Assembly: GCF_006345805.1 (NCBI RefSeq) | Contig: NC_043005.1 | Location: 83,948,001-84,012,000 of the forward strand | Reading direction: 5' to 3' | DNA length: 64,000 nt | Origin: Octopus sinensis | Taxonomy: Eukaryota | Shown here: piece by piece, positions 12,646 to 23,315 of the stretch | Numbering within the stretch: the first letter of the stretch is position 1 | Layout of the letters: every line of letters starts with the position of its first letter | Translations under genes and position numbers: made by a program | The notes under the pieces: model-generated | What the model saw: only the letters and a program-made list of their open reading frames with translations | Told to the model about the DNA's origin: nothing | The model's database searches: none

Positions 12646-13054
12646 TCTAAAGTGGTAAGAACTATTTTCTAGTTTAGATTGCATGTGTTGTTTCAGATTC
12701 TAAAATTACAAAGTCTGCAATACAAAATATTTTAGTAGGATATCAGTGACCCAACTTCGCCCCACCCCTCCACCTCCACCACCTTTCTCTTTCTCTTTGC
12801 TTTTAACTAAAAAAAAATAATAAATAAAAGAAAACGAAAAAAATAACAATAAATACTAAAAGGAAAAAAAACAAAATGGCAGTTGTTATGTTTCGTGTAA
12901 CATTCAAATATGTGTCGGGTCAGATTTGCGGGCATGCACTGTTGCAGCGCACTGCTGCATTCAACATTCATCGGTATATTCCTGGGTTGTCCTGGGGAAT
13001 CCCTTCGGTAGAGTTTCAGTTAGTTCTCATCTCCACAAAGTCCATCTACATCTG

Positions 13055-13447
13055 CTGTTGCTGTTGCTGTTGCTGTTGAGCAAACGGTCATCGTCCCACA
13101 GCTCGCAAGATGGGAGAAGTCCGAATCATGGTCCTTTGCTATTCGTAAGACCCGCAGAAGAGAAAGCAGGTCAACCCCCCCGACACCGACAGCATCGACG
13201 GATGGATGAATGCGCATCCAGGCTCAGCGGTTGCGTAGGAAGTCAGGGACAAGAAACAGGAAGAAAGAGTGAGCGAAAGTTGGAGCGAAAGTGTACAACA
13301 GGGGTCGCCACCACCCCCTGCCAGAGCCCCGTGGAGCTTTAGGTGTTTTTGCTCAATAAACACACACAACGCCCGGTCTGGTAATCGAAACTGTGATCCT
13401 CCGACCGCGAGTCCGCTGCCCTAACCATTGGGCCATTGTGCCTCCAC
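13055..13447 (-). mobile_element. tRNA(Arg)-like SINE (octopus OR-type), tail variant 1
   Basis: gtggaggcacaatggcccaatggttagggcagcggactcgcggtcggagg...; tail ends in (AACAGC)n. Confidence 0.8.
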
Positions 13448-13914
13448 TTGCTGTGGCTGTAGGGGCACGTGGTTGACCAATACAAGCCATCAAACCCAGC
13501 TGGATCCTCAATGAATAGAACACAGTAAGCAGGGTCCAGCTTGGGGCAGTGTGGAACATGACCACCCAGTTTGAGTTGGCACTCTTGAGTCATACAAGGG
13601 ACAGGATGCATCCCAGGTTCTGGATAAAGTCATTGGTTGGATATGAAATTAGACCAATGGTCACCCACTGTCCTGTGAAGCACCCTGGTACCAAAGAAGT
13701 TCAGTCAAATCCTAAGAGCCCTGGACATACACATATGTATACACATACACATATACAGACACATACAAATACATATACACACATATGTATATATACACAC
13801 ATATACATCCATCCATCCGTCTGTTTGTCCGTCCATCCATCTGTTCATCCGTCCATCCATCTGTCCGTTCATCCATCTGTCTGTCTGTCTCTCTATCCAT
13901 CTATCTATCTATCT

Positions 13915-14070
13915 AGGTGGAGAATTCACAAAAAAAAAAAAAAAGACGAGACAGGTGGTGTAGAAAACAAACAGATGTGTTAGTATAACCTTCAAGAATT
14001 GAAAAAGTCTTTTATGTTTCGAGCCTACGCTCTTCTACAGAAAGGAACACAGAAAGAAACGAAGGAAAGA
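13915..14070 (-). mobile_element. Short PLE-type non-autonomous repeat (inverted partner of 17545..17697)
   Basis: Reverse complement matches 17545..17697 (ctttctgtg...agagcgtaggctcgaaac...ctacaccacctgtc...gtgaattct). Confidence 0.7.
14009..14044 (-). ncRNA. Hammerhead-like motif with CUGUNGA core, same family as 17573
   Basis: CUUU CUGUAGA A GAGC-guag-GCUC GAAA CA UA AAAG. Confidence 0.5.
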
Positions 14071-14084
14071 AAGAAATTTGCCAT

Positions 14085-14745
14085 AAGCATTACTGCAAAT
14101 TTACGCAGCTTGATATTATTGACTTTTATCCGTCAATTTCCAGGCTTTTGCCCCTAATGCATTATACTTCGCCAGGCAGTATGTCAACATCGATAACTCG
14201 GAAATTGATATTATCATACATGCGAGGAAATCACTTCTTTTTTATGAAGATTCCACCTGAGTTAAGAAGAGTGAGGATTCTCTTTTCGATGTACCGATGG
14301 GGGTATACAACGGGGCTGAGTTATGTATGCTCATAGGAGCTTATATTCTACACAATCTAAAACTAGAATTCCCGTTTATAGATGCAGGTTTATATAGGGA
14401 TGACGGTCTTATAATCACCCATAATTTAAATGGCCATGAATCAGATAAGCTTAGGAAGGATCTTATTGCTTTCTTCCAAAGGATGGGCTTACGGGTTACA
14501 ATAGACACTAACCTGAAAAGTGTAGAGTTTTTAGATGTAAATTTGGATTTAAGGTCGGATACATTTAAACCTTACCGTAAGCCTAATGATAAGCTACCTT
14601 ATATTAGCAAAGAATCCAATCATCTGCCAGTTATTCTTAGGAACTTAGTCAGTAATGTAGGAAGACGAATATCATCAATTTCTTCAGATGAGGCAGCATT
14701 CACAAATGCCGCACCTTATTACAATAGCGCATTAGTGGATTCTCT
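14085..14745 (+). pseudogene. PLE reverse transcriptase remnant
   Basis: Track ORF 14297..14824 plus upstream frames; TGA at the conserved W of WVKK. Confidence 0.85.
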
Positions 14746-15039
14746 GAGAAGATCCAGTATAACCAACTTAATGCTAGCAGCAATGCTACACGTAGAACTA
14801 GGACTAGAAAATTTTGTGGTTTAAGCCAGCTTTCAATATAGCCGTAAAAACAAATATAGGCAGGGAATTCTTAAAATTAGTCTCTAGACATTTTCAACAT
14901 GACCATAAGTTTTATGGAATATTTAATAGAAGAACGCTTAAGATCAGCTAGTCTTGCTGCAGAAACTTCGCCTCTTTCATTAACCAACACAACAGTAGGA
15001 TAATTGCTAATAACCATAGTGCTGATTCTCTTCTTAAAA

Positions 15040-15463
15040 ATTGTAATTGCAAAGATGGGTCCTGGTGTTAGTTGGAAGGAAAATATCTGGAGAAAGGAAT
15101 CGTGTATAGAGCTAAGGTGCAGATAGAAGGCTCATGCAAATATAGAACTTATACAGGGGCTTCTGAAAATTCTTTCAAAACCCGATTCTATTCGCATAAA
15201 AATTCCTTCAGGTACCCCGAAATTAGGACGAAGACCAGCCTGGCGAAATATGTCTGGTAATTAAAAGAAAAAGAAGCCCAACCTTTCAACGTGACAAAGA
15301 GTATTTTGGATAGAGCTGCACCATACAGGTACGGTGCATACAAAAGACCAATCAAATGTAATTTGTGCCTGCTGGAAAAATATTTCATTTTATTCTAGGA
15401 CAATAATTCTTTAAATCAAAGAAGTGAACTCTTGAATTCCTCCAGACACGCAGCTAAATTTTA
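15040..15463 (+). pseudogene. PLE GIY-YIG endonuclease remnant
   Basis: CNCKDGSWC*LEGKYL...GIVYRAKV...YTGASENSFKTRFYSHKNSF...KCNLCLLEK...NQRSELLNSSRH; internal stops. Confidence 0.8.
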
Positions 15464-16730
15464 AATGTTGGCTAGCAATAAACCATATGGATAGCGTATA
15501 TCTTTGATTCTTGGACTAGTTTTTAATCAGACTGCTGGATTTGTTTCTTATTATGCATGATTTATTCCGCATCGCAAAGTTATTGTATATATTTCGACAT
15601 ATTTCTTAAGGAAATATATAACCTTCGACTGTTATTTACAAATATTATTTTCTCATTTAAGATTCTGCTTTTATTTCGTTTTGTTTCATTTTGTTGTATT
15701 TTATAAACCCATTTTAATCGTTTAATTTATAGATAGTTCTACATAGGGTCTTCTATTTTGCATGTCTCTTATCTGAACTTTATTATTATGCACTCAGCGA
15801 TTTTTAAAAAATAATGTCCGTTTGTATATACGTCAGGACCTAGACATGTTTTTATGTGGATGTTTGTATTGTTGGCATGCATGTGTATTCGTATATATGC
15901 GCCTATGTATATGTGTAAGTAAGCGTGTATGTTTATACTTGTGCACATACATACATGGATGTATATGTATGCATGTATTCACTTGAATTTGTGTGGGTGT
16001 GTATTTATGTATTTATTTCCATATATTTATATATGTGTTCTTGTATGTGTATTTACTGCTAATATACATTTTTATGTTGTGCATGTTCGTTAAGCATATT
16101 CAGACTCCTATATTTCTTTCTTCCTTTCCTTCATTACGGAAAACTATTTTTTCTCCCCCTATTCATTACTTGTATAGAGTCCTTTAACTTTATGCGCCCC
16201 TCCCTTTCTCTTACTTCTTTAACTAACTGTTGCTTATAAGATTCTTACCTTTTCTTTTTCTTTTTCTTCCCCCTCTCTGCGTTTAACTTCTCGTCTATAT
16301 GTATACACCAAGTGATTTTTGCATGTGGGCAAGATTGCATATACATATGTATATGTGTATTTGTGTGTATATTTACATCTTACATGTATATGTCTGCATA
16401 TGTATGTGGTCTGTGTATATTGATGTATATTGATGGTTTAGTATGCGTATATACTGTTGTGAAATATTTAAATTTTTAATGTATTAATCCAATTATATTT
16501 CATATATAATTAATGACAACATGTATTTTGAATCTGCTCTTCGATTTAAGATTTTTCATCGATTTTTTTATAGCAGGATGAATTTATATTGAATTCATTT
16601 ATTTTGTTTATTTTGTTTATCGCACGCTTCAGACCATTATTTGAAAGGGCCAATGAAACAAATCCATTTTTAAAGGTGTATCCTTTAACTAGTTTTGATC
16701 ATATCGTTACTTCTGTTCTATTTTAACAAA

Positions 16731-16770
16731 ACTGTCCGATGAACGGGAATGTGAAACTCTGAGTAACAGC
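16731..16770 (+). ncRNA. Type-I hammerhead ribozyme motif (U4C core variant) in the PLE 3' region
   Basis: aCUGU CCGAUGA ACG-GGAA-UGU GAAA CUC-U-GAG UA ACAGc: stems I, II and III all form; GUA cleavage triplet. Confidence 0.7.
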
Positions 16771-16873
16771 TTTTGTTATATTTCTACTGCTTTTAAATAT
16801 AGCATATTACTCTACCTCTGGTATTTGAGTACTCTTTCTTCCCCTTTGTTTCACATTTATGTGCTTACTCCAG

Positions 16874-16944
<71 letters not shown>

Positions 16945-17200
16945 TATTATAATAAAAGGGTAAAATCAATAATAATTTTACCAGGTGTCAGTGCAAAAAT
17001 AAAAACTTCATAGGTATATTTTACAAAATATTTTGTAATTATATGCATAATTATAACAAGGGATTGACTTTATACCTCGCCACACACTGCAAGAAATAGA
17101 TGCTAAAGCCCCTATTACCACCTTAAAATCTCTGAGAATAACACTATATTGTAGGCGAGCAAAAGTAAAATAACGAATCAACAAGGTTCGGTTAACTTCA

Positions 17201-17262
17201 TATCAGATCGTGTTTCAAGCGACAAGTAAAAAATATTTTATCTACTGCTCTCATCAGTGACA
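17201..17262 (-). ncRNA. Minimal type-I hammerhead ribozyme, intact core
   Basis: UGUCA CUGAUGA GAGC-(aguaga...uuuacu)-GCUU GAAA CACGA UC UGAUA; stem I UGUCA/UGAUA. Confidence 0.7.
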
Positions 17263-17544
17263 CTGCTCCATATTATAAATTTATGGATATATCAAAATAT
17301 GCATGCGATTGGCGGCATCGCATGACCTATATCCATCTACATTCATAAAAATATACTGCCAAATAGAATTCATGCCTTTCTTTTATACCCATGTGTAGTG
17401 TGTTAAGATCTAGACTGCAGTAAATAGAATGGAGTAAATTTATTCAAATATTAATTATAATAAAAGGTGAGGTGTAAAACCGATTCATTGTTATAATTAT
17501 GTATATAATTATAAAATATTTTATATATATATATCACACATTTT

Positions 17545-17692
17545 TTCTCTCTCCTTGTTTCTTTCTGTGTTACTTTCTGTGGAAGAGCATAGGCTCGAAA
17601 CGTTAAAGACTTTTTCCCGAGCATTATACTAATACATCTGTTTTTTTTCTACACCACCTGTCTTCGTCTTTTGTTTTTTTTGTGAATTCTCC

Positions 17693-17697
<5 letters not shown>
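17545..17697 (+). mobile_element. Short PLE-type non-autonomous repeat
   Basis: See 13915..14070; flanked by (TA)n. Confidence 0.7.
17573..17608 (+). ncRNA. Hammerhead-like motif with CUGUNGA core (A6U)
   Basis: CUUU CUGUGGA A GAGC-auag-GCUC GAAA CG UU AAAG; palindromic AACGUU in stem III. Confidence 0.5.
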
Positions 17698-17738
<41 letters not shown>

Positions 17739-17775
17739 GTATATATATGTATGTATTTATGTATGTATGTATTTA

Positions 17776-17990
17776 CAAGGGGTGCTAAAAAATTTCTGGC
17801 TTTAGGGTATTGCGAAAAGCCTGGTTGGAGACTTAACCTTCTGAGTTCTTTTGTAGGGATTAGAAAAACTGAAGGACAACTGCAATAACTGTGTGATTCT
17901 GAGAGGCGAATATGTTGAATAAAATCATAATTAACTGATCCTCCTGTATTTTCTTTTAATCAAAGTCAGGTATTTTTCAGCACTTCCTTG
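17776..17990 (+). mobile_element. Mariner-derived MITE (second copy 56542..56737)
   Basis: TA-flanked TIRs caaggggtgct.aaaa.tt.ctggcttt; retains transposase end CV.LRGEYVE*. Confidence 0.8.
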
Positions 17991-18113
17991 TATACACACA
18001 CACACACATATACACACATACACAGTCACACACATATACATACACATATATATGCACACACATGTATATACGTACCCACACATGTATACTTACATTCACA
18101 CACATGCATCTAT

Positions 18114-19016
18114 AAGAAGTTGTTAAACCAACTGTTAAATGCTGAAAAATGAGAATGTGGTTTTCATGGCAGTGATATCCGACACTCTAGAATTTGGCAC
18201 CCAAAACTCATCTATGTAAAAGCCGCATTAGGAGACATTCTGAAAGGTTCCAGGAGGTTGCATTATGTCTAGTTCAACTCCAACAAAACTATCTGGCCCT
18301 TGGGTGCTTTACCAAACTAGATTCTGTTGTAAGTGTTCAGACAAGCAAACACTCTACTGCCACAGATATCTTCAGACCATAATAATCTTAAGAATGATAC
18401 ACATGATATAGTACAGGCATGGTTGAATGGTTATGTATCAATCAGGAGCAAATCAAACAAGGAAGGGCAGTCTAAGTGGGCACATATTTAAAAAGCAGTA
18501 TCCCATGATAGACAGTCAAATGACTTAACCCTTTCGTTTCCAACCTGGCTGAAACCGGCTCTGGCTCTGAGTACAAATGTCTTGTTTTGAATAAATGTCT
18601 TATTCAAATGTCTTGAATAAAAATCTTCCACCAAACCTTAGTCACAATTTATGTTCCTAACACTAGCTGAATGATAACTAAGTTATTTTATTAAATTCTT
18701 TGTTATATTTAAAGTAATTGAAAGAAAAACAGAGCATCTTAAAATAAATACAGTAATGAAAGGGTTAAGCTAGGAATAGAAAAAAGAGAAGTGTATTGCC
18801 AAGTAAAAGCCATAGTTTTGTAACAGCCATTTCACATGACCAGTGGATTAACTAACCAGTCAGCATTAAGCCATCAAATGATGCAACATTTTAGAACTTT
18901 CTGGAGTGTCTCCTAATGCGTAGTTTTAGGCACCAAATTCAAGAGTGTTGGAAATCACTGTTATGAAAACCATATTCTCATTTTCCAGCATTTAACAGCT
19001 GTTTTAACAATTTCTT
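18114..19016. mobile_element. Fold-back MITE with ~130-bp TIRs containing a nested piggyBac-type MITE
   Basis: 18114..18253 is the reverse complement of 18893..19016. Confidence 0.75.
18529..18764 (+). mobile_element. piggyBac-type MITE
   Basis: TTAA|CCCTTT...AAAGGG|TTAA. Confidence 0.85.
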
Positions 19017-19667
19017 GTTCAACCAAGTGGACAGCTGCTACAGTAATTCAGTCATGAATTTAGCAGGTTTTATCAACAGTTCTGACAGCTTATTCACAGA
19101 GCCTATTTAAGCAAGTATTTTGTCATAACTACAGGATTGTCTTTTCCAGCTTTCAATGCTTTGTTGTTGTATTATTAATTCAAGACCCAACATGGGAAAT
19201 GTTTTGCGTGGTGAATAAAGTTTCTGTTAATTGTTCACAAGAGCTATGCATTATTTATATGCAACCAGCAACACCTCCACATCGTTCATTCGATGACATA
19301 CGTGATAAGTGGTAACCCCTCATGACAGAAGTATATTATGAAGGAAAATAGAGGAAATGTGCATGTGATGTGATTTAACTGTTCAAGCTTTGTCAAATGC
19401 AATGCTTATTTATTCAAGTTGGTTTGAATTAATCATGCATCATCTCATAGCTTCAAGATTTCAATGATGTGATTGAATATTTTCACAATGACATTGTATG
19501 GTAAGTCTGAGAGGCCAAATCTGGTCAGTTTGAACAGAAAGCATGTAAAATACTTGGGTCTGATATGCCTGATTTAAATGCTAGAAGTTTAAAAATTTGT
19601 TTTTAATTGTTTATATTGTTTATTAAATATAATTGTTTAGTAGTTGGTTTCTTAATAAAGTTCAATA

Positions 19668-20225
19668 CATCATCATCATCATCATCGTTTAACGTCCGTT
19701 TTCCATGCTAGCATGGGTTGGACGGTTCAACCAGGGTCTGGGAAGCCAGGGGGCTGCACCAGGCTCCAGTCTGATCTGGTGGTGTTTCTACAGCTGGATG
19801 CCCTTCCTAATGCCAACCACTCTGTGAGTGTAGTGGGTGCATTTTACGTGCTACCAGCACAGGTGCCAGGGGAGGCTGGCAATGTCCACGATCGATTGGT
19901 AGTTTTTACGTGCCACCGACACGGAAGTCAGTAAAGGCAGCGCTGGCATCGGCCACATACGGATGGTGCTTTTTAGGTTCCACTGGCACAGGTGCCAGGG
20001 TAGGCTGGCAACGGCCACAATCGGTTGGTGCTTTTTACGTGCCACCGGCATGGAAGCTGGTCAAGGCAGTGCTGGTATCGGCTGCGTACGGATGGTCATC
20101 ATCATTTAATGTCTGTTCTCCATGCTGGTATGGGTTGGATGGATGGACAAGAGCTGGTGAGGCAGAGAGCTGCACCAGGCTCCATTTGTTTGTTTTGGTA
20201 TAGTTTCTGACTGGTGCCCTTCTTA
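19668..20225 (-). mobile_element. Two tandem RTE 3'-UTR copies; the first has about five subrepeats
   Basis: (CAT)n tails at 19668 and 20095. Confidence 0.8.
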
Positions 20226-20357
20226 ATGTCAGTCAAAATTTTAAATTTTGGTTTTAAATGATGTATTTTCAAATTAAGTTTTGTTTTGACTTTATATATC
20301 ATTTTAAAGCCCATTTTTTGCTCTATCTAATTGTCTTACTCTTTTTGTTTTTGAATA

Positions 20358-21427
20358 ATTAGGTCGGTTTTTCCAGAATGTTGGATACAACATGGACAAA
20401 AAGAAAATTCGCACAATTTTCTTATTCCAATTCAAGCTAGGCCGAAAAGCTGCTGAAACAGCTCACAATATCAACGATGCGTTTGGCCCAAGAACCACTA
20501 ATGAACTTACAGCACAATGGTGGTTCAAGAAATTTCATTGCAGTGACGAGAGTCTTGAAGTGGTCGGCCATCAGATGTTGACAACAATCAACTAAGAGCC
20601 TTAGTCGAAGCCAATCCTTGCACAACTGTTCGGAAGCTTGCTTCTGAATTAGACGTAACATATACGACAATTTTCAACCACTTGAAAGAGATTGGAAAAA
20701 CAAAAATACTTGAGAAATGGGTGCCACACGAATTGAACAACAACCAAAAAAAACACCATTTTGAAGTGTCGTCTTCCCTTCTTAGAAGTATCCCATCAAG
20801 AACGACCCGTTTCTCGACCAGATTGTGGCTTGCGATGAAAAGTGAATTCTTTATGACAACTGGCGACACTCAGCTCAATGGTTGGACGCTGATGAAGCTC
20901 CATGGTACTTCCTGAAGCCAAAGTTGCACCAAAAGGAGGTCATTGTGACTGTTTGGTGGTCTGTGGCCTGTCTCGTCCATCACAGCTTTTTGGATCCAGG
21001 CAAAACCATTACGGCTGAGAAGTACTGTCAGCAAATGGATGAAATGCATAAGAAACTCCGACAACAACAGCCAGCATTGGTCTATAGAAAAGGACCAATT
21101 CTTCTCCATGACAATGCTTGGTCACATGTCGCACAACTAACCCTGTAGAAGTTGAACGAATTGGGCTACGAAACTCTGCCTCATCTGCCATACTCACCAT
21201 GCCCCTCACCTACCGACTACCACTTTTTCAAGCATCTCAAAAACTTCCTGCATGAGGAATGCTTCAAAAACCAAGACAATACCAAATACGCCTTCAACAA
21301 CTTCATCACCACCAGAACGCAGGATTCTTAGGCTACTGGCATAATATTTCGATTAATAAAGTTTTGTTTGAGCCGAGATATGTGCATCTGAATTTAAAGG
21401 TTAAAAACCGCAAGAACTTTCTTGACA

Positions 21428-21433
<6 letters not shown>
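20358..21433 (+). mobile_element. Decayed mariner (Hsmar1/cecropia-like) transposon
   Basis: MDKKKIRTIFLFQFKLGRKAAETAHNINDAFG, KWVPHEL, CDEK, TVWWS, LLHDNA, YSP..SPTDYHFFK. Confidence 0.88.
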
Positions 21434-21491
<58 letters not shown>

Positions 21492-21570
21492 CATACATAT
21501 ATTTATACATATAAATTCCTCATCTGAAAGTTTCCAACTTTTGCTTTCTCTCATTTTGCATGAATACATA

Positions 21571-21870
21571 CAAGGGTTGGACAAAATAATGGAAACACCT
21601 AGCATCATAATTTTGAAATATCTATAAAACCATCAAAAGCTCGTTTGTTTTTAGGCTTTTTGATTTATTATTAGAGTTGCTTAATATGTTTTGGTAAAAT
21701 TGCTGTTTCTTTTCAGATATCTTCAGAAAAAGGTAATTAAAATGACAGATCTATTGGACTTTCAAAGAGGTCAAATTGTTGGTGCTTGTATGGCAGGTGC
21801 TAGTGTAACAAAAACAGCCGAAATGTTTGGTATATCAAGAAGTACTATCTCGAAAGTAATGACAGCCTTT
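21571..21870 (+). mobile_element. Tc1-like transposon 5' fragment
   Basis: TA|caagggttggacaaaataatggaaacac TIR; MTDLLDFQRGQIVGACMAGASVTKTAEMFGISRSTISKVMTAF. Confidence 0.85.
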
Positions 21871-22310
21871 GGAGGACACAAGTTTGGTGTTACATGGTTG
21901 TTTTGGAACCATTCTTGGGTAATGAAGGTGCCCTGAAATCATGCAGTTTGCAAAGTGAGATTCTTAACCAGACAGAGGAAATCAAAAACTAGAAAAAAAA
22001 AATCAAAAAAAAAAATCAGAAAAACAAAACAAAGTCCAAAATTTGTCTTCAGAATCCTTCAACTATTTTAACACAACTGCAAGTATTTTTGTCTTGGATT
22101 TCTTTAATTTAAAAAAAAATTTATAACTCAGCAAATTCATGAAGTTTTAAATTTAAGTCAAATCTCGGTTGACAGAAGTGCTTAAGAAATATCGGTTTCT
22201 TTTTCAGTGGCACCATTACCAACTATTATCATGAGGTCAGGTTCTATGTGAGTTTTCAACCTGCTAGAAATAGCAGCTACATTTTTAAATTCCCCCTCAG
22301 CTTCTCTTAA

Positions 22311-22742
22311 CCCTTTTGATACCAAACAGTCCCTTGTTCTATGATATAAACTTCGTGCTTTAAAGAGATCTAAATTAAAACCTTTAAAATTTTTATATTT
22401 ATTCATGTTCCAAACAACAGTTTAATATTGGTTTCAAATTTTTGCACAAGGCCAGCAATTTCAGGAGATGTGGTAAGTCGATTATATTGATCTCCAGTAT
22501 TCAACTGGTACTTATTTTATCAACCTTGAAACGATGAAATACAAAGTCAACCTCAGTGGAATTTGAACTCAGAACATAAAGTTGGCCAAATTGCTGTTTA
22601 AGCCTTTTGTCTGGTGCACTATCGATTCTGCCTTAAACTTACAGCTTAGTAATGACATTTATCTTAATAAATTCTTCGTTATTTTAAAAATTAATTGAAA
22701 CAAAAGGAAGTGTGTTTAAACAGAAATATGGAATCAAAAGGG
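22311..22742 (+). mobile_element. piggyBac-type MITE with nested SINE C (family fragments also at ~530, 990, 1380, 5800, 23790, 24110, 29620, 39610, 49150, 49590)
   Basis: TTAA|CCCTTTTG...CAAAAGGG|TTAA; shared internal atgttccaaacacc...aaattcttc...aattaattgaaacaaa. Confidence 0.8.
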
Positions 22743-22920
22743 TTAAAAATACATTGAATATGTAGTTTAAAGGAGATGGTCATGGATTAAATGTCTTTGA
22801 TCAGAGATCTGTTCATTTGGATTGACCTGGGGCTAAACAGCAGGAGCAATACTACACCTTATATAATAGAAAATTACTATTTGTAAATCTCTCAACGAGA
22901 GATATTCAGCAACAGTACTC

Positions 22921-23315
22921 TAGAGTAAAGACTGTTTGCCAACATAACATGGCAGTCCTGGTTTAGGACGAATGTTGCTGTAATTTAGCCCCAGGAGACA
23001 TGGTCTCCAACTGGTTATTCGACACAATCTGTGTCCTTATATTTTCGAACAAGGGTATTTAGCACCCCAACTCAGCTCAAAACAATATCTGTGTATTGCA
23101 ATTATTCTGTGCTGATGAAGAGAAATAACCCAGAAATCGCAATACACAGATATTGTTTGGAGCTGAATGGGGGTGCTAGATTCCCTTATTCGAAAATATA
23201 AGGACAGATCGTGTCATATAGCCAACTGGAGACGATGTCTCCTGGGGCTAAATTACAGCAACATTTGTCCTAAACCAGGACTGCCATGTTATGTTGGAAA
23301 ATAATCTTTACTCCA
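22921..23315. repeat. Imperfect fold-back element (~180-bp arms) with central hammerhead
   Basis: Arms 22921..~23103 and ~23135..23315 are reverse complements with scattered mismatches. Confidence 0.9.
23107..23149 (+). ncRNA. Minimal type-I hammerhead motif at the centre of a long inverted repeat
   Basis: CUGUG CUGAUGA agagaaauaaccca GAAA UCGCAA UA CACAG; stem I perfect, stem II degenerate. Confidence 0.6.

Larger units (their letters stand above)
14085..16875 (+). mobile_element. Penelope-like element (C-terminal GIY-YIG type), 5'-truncated and decayed, with ~1.4 kb 3' region
   Basis: RT motifs QLDIIDFYPSI, FDVPMGVYNGAELC, GLYRDDGL, EFLDVNL, YRKP; CNC linker; GIY-YIG IVYRAKV...YTGASENSFKTRFYSHK and CNLCLLEK. 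Several stops and frameshifts. The 3' part 16235..16875 recurs inverted at 46683..47315. Confidence 0.88.

Noticed and set aside
11889-12684. Long YI/HT/CV-rich ORFs (also near 2700, 34800, 44400, 45800)
   Set aside because: Translations of (TA)n/(TG)n tracts.
13390-13447. tRNA-like sequences (also 27260-27312, 28890-28950, 48860-48917, 54790-54860)
   Set aside because: SINE heads: they lack a complete acceptor stem and continue into SINE bodies; not called as tRNA genes.
14270-14285. In-frame TGA in the PLE RT as possible selenocysteine recoding (as in Naiad PLEs)
   Set aside because: The TGA near 14258 replaces a conserved Trp (TGG to TGA) and the copy also has TAG/TAA stops and frameshifts, so simple decay explains it.
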